64,000 nucleotides of DNA from Oikopleura dioica (taxonomy: Eukaryota; Animalia; Chordata), in assembly GCA_907165135.1 (NCBI GenBank), contig OU015567.1, positions 11,160,001 to 11,224,000 of the forward strand. The letters run 5' to 3'. The notes under the pieces were generated by a model. It made no database searches. It had not been told where the DNA came from and worked only from the letters and a program-made list of their open reading frames with translations. Positions 61,970 through 64,000 of the stretch are shown here, one piece after another. A program made the translations under genes and the position numbers. Within the stretch, counting starts at the first letter, position 1; every line of letters starts with the position of its first letter.

Positions 61970-62764
61970 TTGCTGTCAAATTTTGAATGAGTATTCTCGT
62001 TTGTTTGGGCGATGTCGAGTCCTATTGTATTGTTTTAGGGAAATAATTGAAATAAAAGTTAAAAATTTGTAGTTTTGGTATTCTGATGTCTGCTATGATC
62101 TCTTATCGCGCGCCTCGATTTTTATTTCGGCGCCCACTGGGAGGTTTTCTTCGTTGATTTCATGTTTTTGTTTTACAATTTGGCGCTATCTCTGCCTGAG
62201 CTCTGTCACAAAAAGATATATGATAACATAAAATGCAAGAGTTTTCTACCTTTGACTCGAACAGACATTAACAGAAAATTGGAAGCAGTCCAATTATATA
62301 ATTGATAAACCTGCAAGAAGAATTCCCTTTTTGTCAAAATTGTTAGGCCTTTTATGAGATAACAAGTAATTCAACGTTTTTTTTTTTAACATCTTGAATA
62401 TATTAGCAGTCACGAAATTTGAAACAGTTGTATTTTTTCTATGAAGGCAGGTATAATGTGAAGTTGACTGCTTGTAATCGTTGGGAAAGAAGTTGATCAT
62501 TTTCAATTGAAGATATGTCTATTATAAAGGGTTATTGTAGTCTTTTTTGAGGTTTTTTTTAATAAAAATTTTTCTTACGTTAAATTATGCAGCATTGTCT
62601 TTTCAATAACACTTGAAGAATAATTTGTAGAAACTGTGGTGAGTCGGGCAGTGCTAGAAAATGGTTATTATTTTTTTTTTTGTGTTAAGTTAAGTTTAGG
62701 ATTGCCAAAGTTGACCTTTCATGATTTCATAAGTTTAGTTTACCTTATAATGAATTGCTGGAAA

Positions 62765-63655
62765 TTAGAAACTCTCGTCGGATGGTGATTCGTCGTCTAA
62801 GTCTAGGTCTTGAGCAGTAGTCAGTTCTTTGGCAATTGACTCCAGGGCAGTGTACATTTGCTGGGCAGATGGCTTTTGTTTCTTCTTGTCAAATTTGGGT
62901 AAAAACATGTAGAGAAGGATGATACTGATTAAAATAAACAAGAGAACTCCTGTTATTCCGTAGTTCACGAGAGGGCTGATCAGTCGAATCAGGAAGCAGA
63001 ATATTCCAATGCGCATCGCCGTATTTTGAAACAGGGAGACGACACAGTTAAACAGGCTCGCCATAATGTTGCGCAGGCATCTAGCGGCTCGTTCTGAATC
63101 GCGAGAGTAGAGTGAGCAGGCGAGTTCGACGACTGTGGCCAACTTGTCTTGAAAGAATTCCTTCACTGATGCAGCGCTGTCCGGGGGTGACCTGTACAGT
63201 TCTCTTGCTGTATTGAATGGCAGAGTGATCCAAAATAGGAAGAACAATTTGATTTTCTTGATCACCGATTTGCTGCCATTGTTTTTTTCTGTTGAGTCGT
63301 TGCTTACTATTTCTTCTATTTTACCAGCGTCTTTGTCTAGGCGCTTCTTTTGACGGTTGATTTCAGCTGCGAAGGCCTTGCTGTATCCTGATAAGAAAAT
63401 TAAACGGGGAGTCTCTCAACAATCCAAGAAAAAATTTATCTTCGGAAGTTATTTTATCTGTAATCAAAAATTACCTTTATCAGCCGGGGATAAATGGGAT
63501 CCATCTGATTTGACCAAACCGCACGGAGTCTGATGGACACAGAAGGCGCAAGGAGTAAAAGGGGCTAAATTATTTTGTCCCCGTATTCAAGAAGAAACAG
63601 AATGAATACCTGGACATGTTTGCTGAGTGGCTGTCTTTGTCGTTGATTTTTTCAT
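62765..63655 (-). CDS. Orphan membrane protein, 3 exons, ~250 aa
   Basis: MKKSTTKTATQQTCP|APFTPCAFCVHQTPCG..DK|GYSKAFAAEINRQKKR.. joins in phase 1 across GT-AG introns. It has C-terminal hydrophobic segments (IGIFCFLIRLISPLV, GITGVLLFILISIILLYMFL) and an acidic tail. Confidence 0.7.
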
Positions 63656-64000
63656 TTTGACTTGTTCTGCTTTTGATTTCTCTGCAAAATTTGTAAATAT
63701 GCTAAAAAAATTGTTTTCCGGCTGGTGTGGGAAGCTGAAATGAGTGTAGAGTGAGCGTGATAATAGTGGGAACAACAGCTGCAGGAATGATTTTTCAGGA
63801 GCGGAATGAAATAATCTGAGCCCGTCGCAGACGATCCTAACTTAAATTGATCATTCGTGACTTTATGAATGGCAAATGAACTTTAATCGAGTGAAAATTT
63901 CATCCTCGCGCTCGGAAATAAACAATCCTGGAAATATACAGTGCTGTTATAAAAATTTAAACTTTCGCTGCTGTTAGCAAAATATCTTTGGTGGATAAAA

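Overview
Eukaryotic genomic DNA, most likely from the larvacean tunicate Oikopleura dioica. This is an inference from very compact genes, many 40-50 nt introns, at least two introns that only work as GA-AG, a Tor-like gypsy LTR element, and typical expanded families. The window reads, left to right, as follows. (1) The 3' half of a Runx gene (+), surrounded by Runx-motif-rich non-coding DNA. (2) A complete Slo2/KCNT potassium channel gene (-). (3) A block of mostly secreted or ciliary genes: galactose-3-O-sulfotransferase, CUB protein, CCDC175-like coiled-coil, fibrinogen-domain protein, serine protease, ZP-like protein, radial spoke head RSPH4/6, and a frameshifted Cys-rich gene. (4) An FHOD-type formin (-) carrying a TTAA-flanked MITE, whose 5' half I cannot find. 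(5) A repeat-rich block from about 46.9 kb with orphan genes, an intact very young gypsy LTR retrotransposon, a highly divergent stem-loop-type histone H3 gene and twin palindromes. The most striking observation is that the retrotransposon inserted exactly on a splice acceptor (AG|GT). Its own ends carry a donor and an acceptor placed so that splicing it out keeps the host reading frame. All homology calls come from reading translations by eye; no database searches were run.
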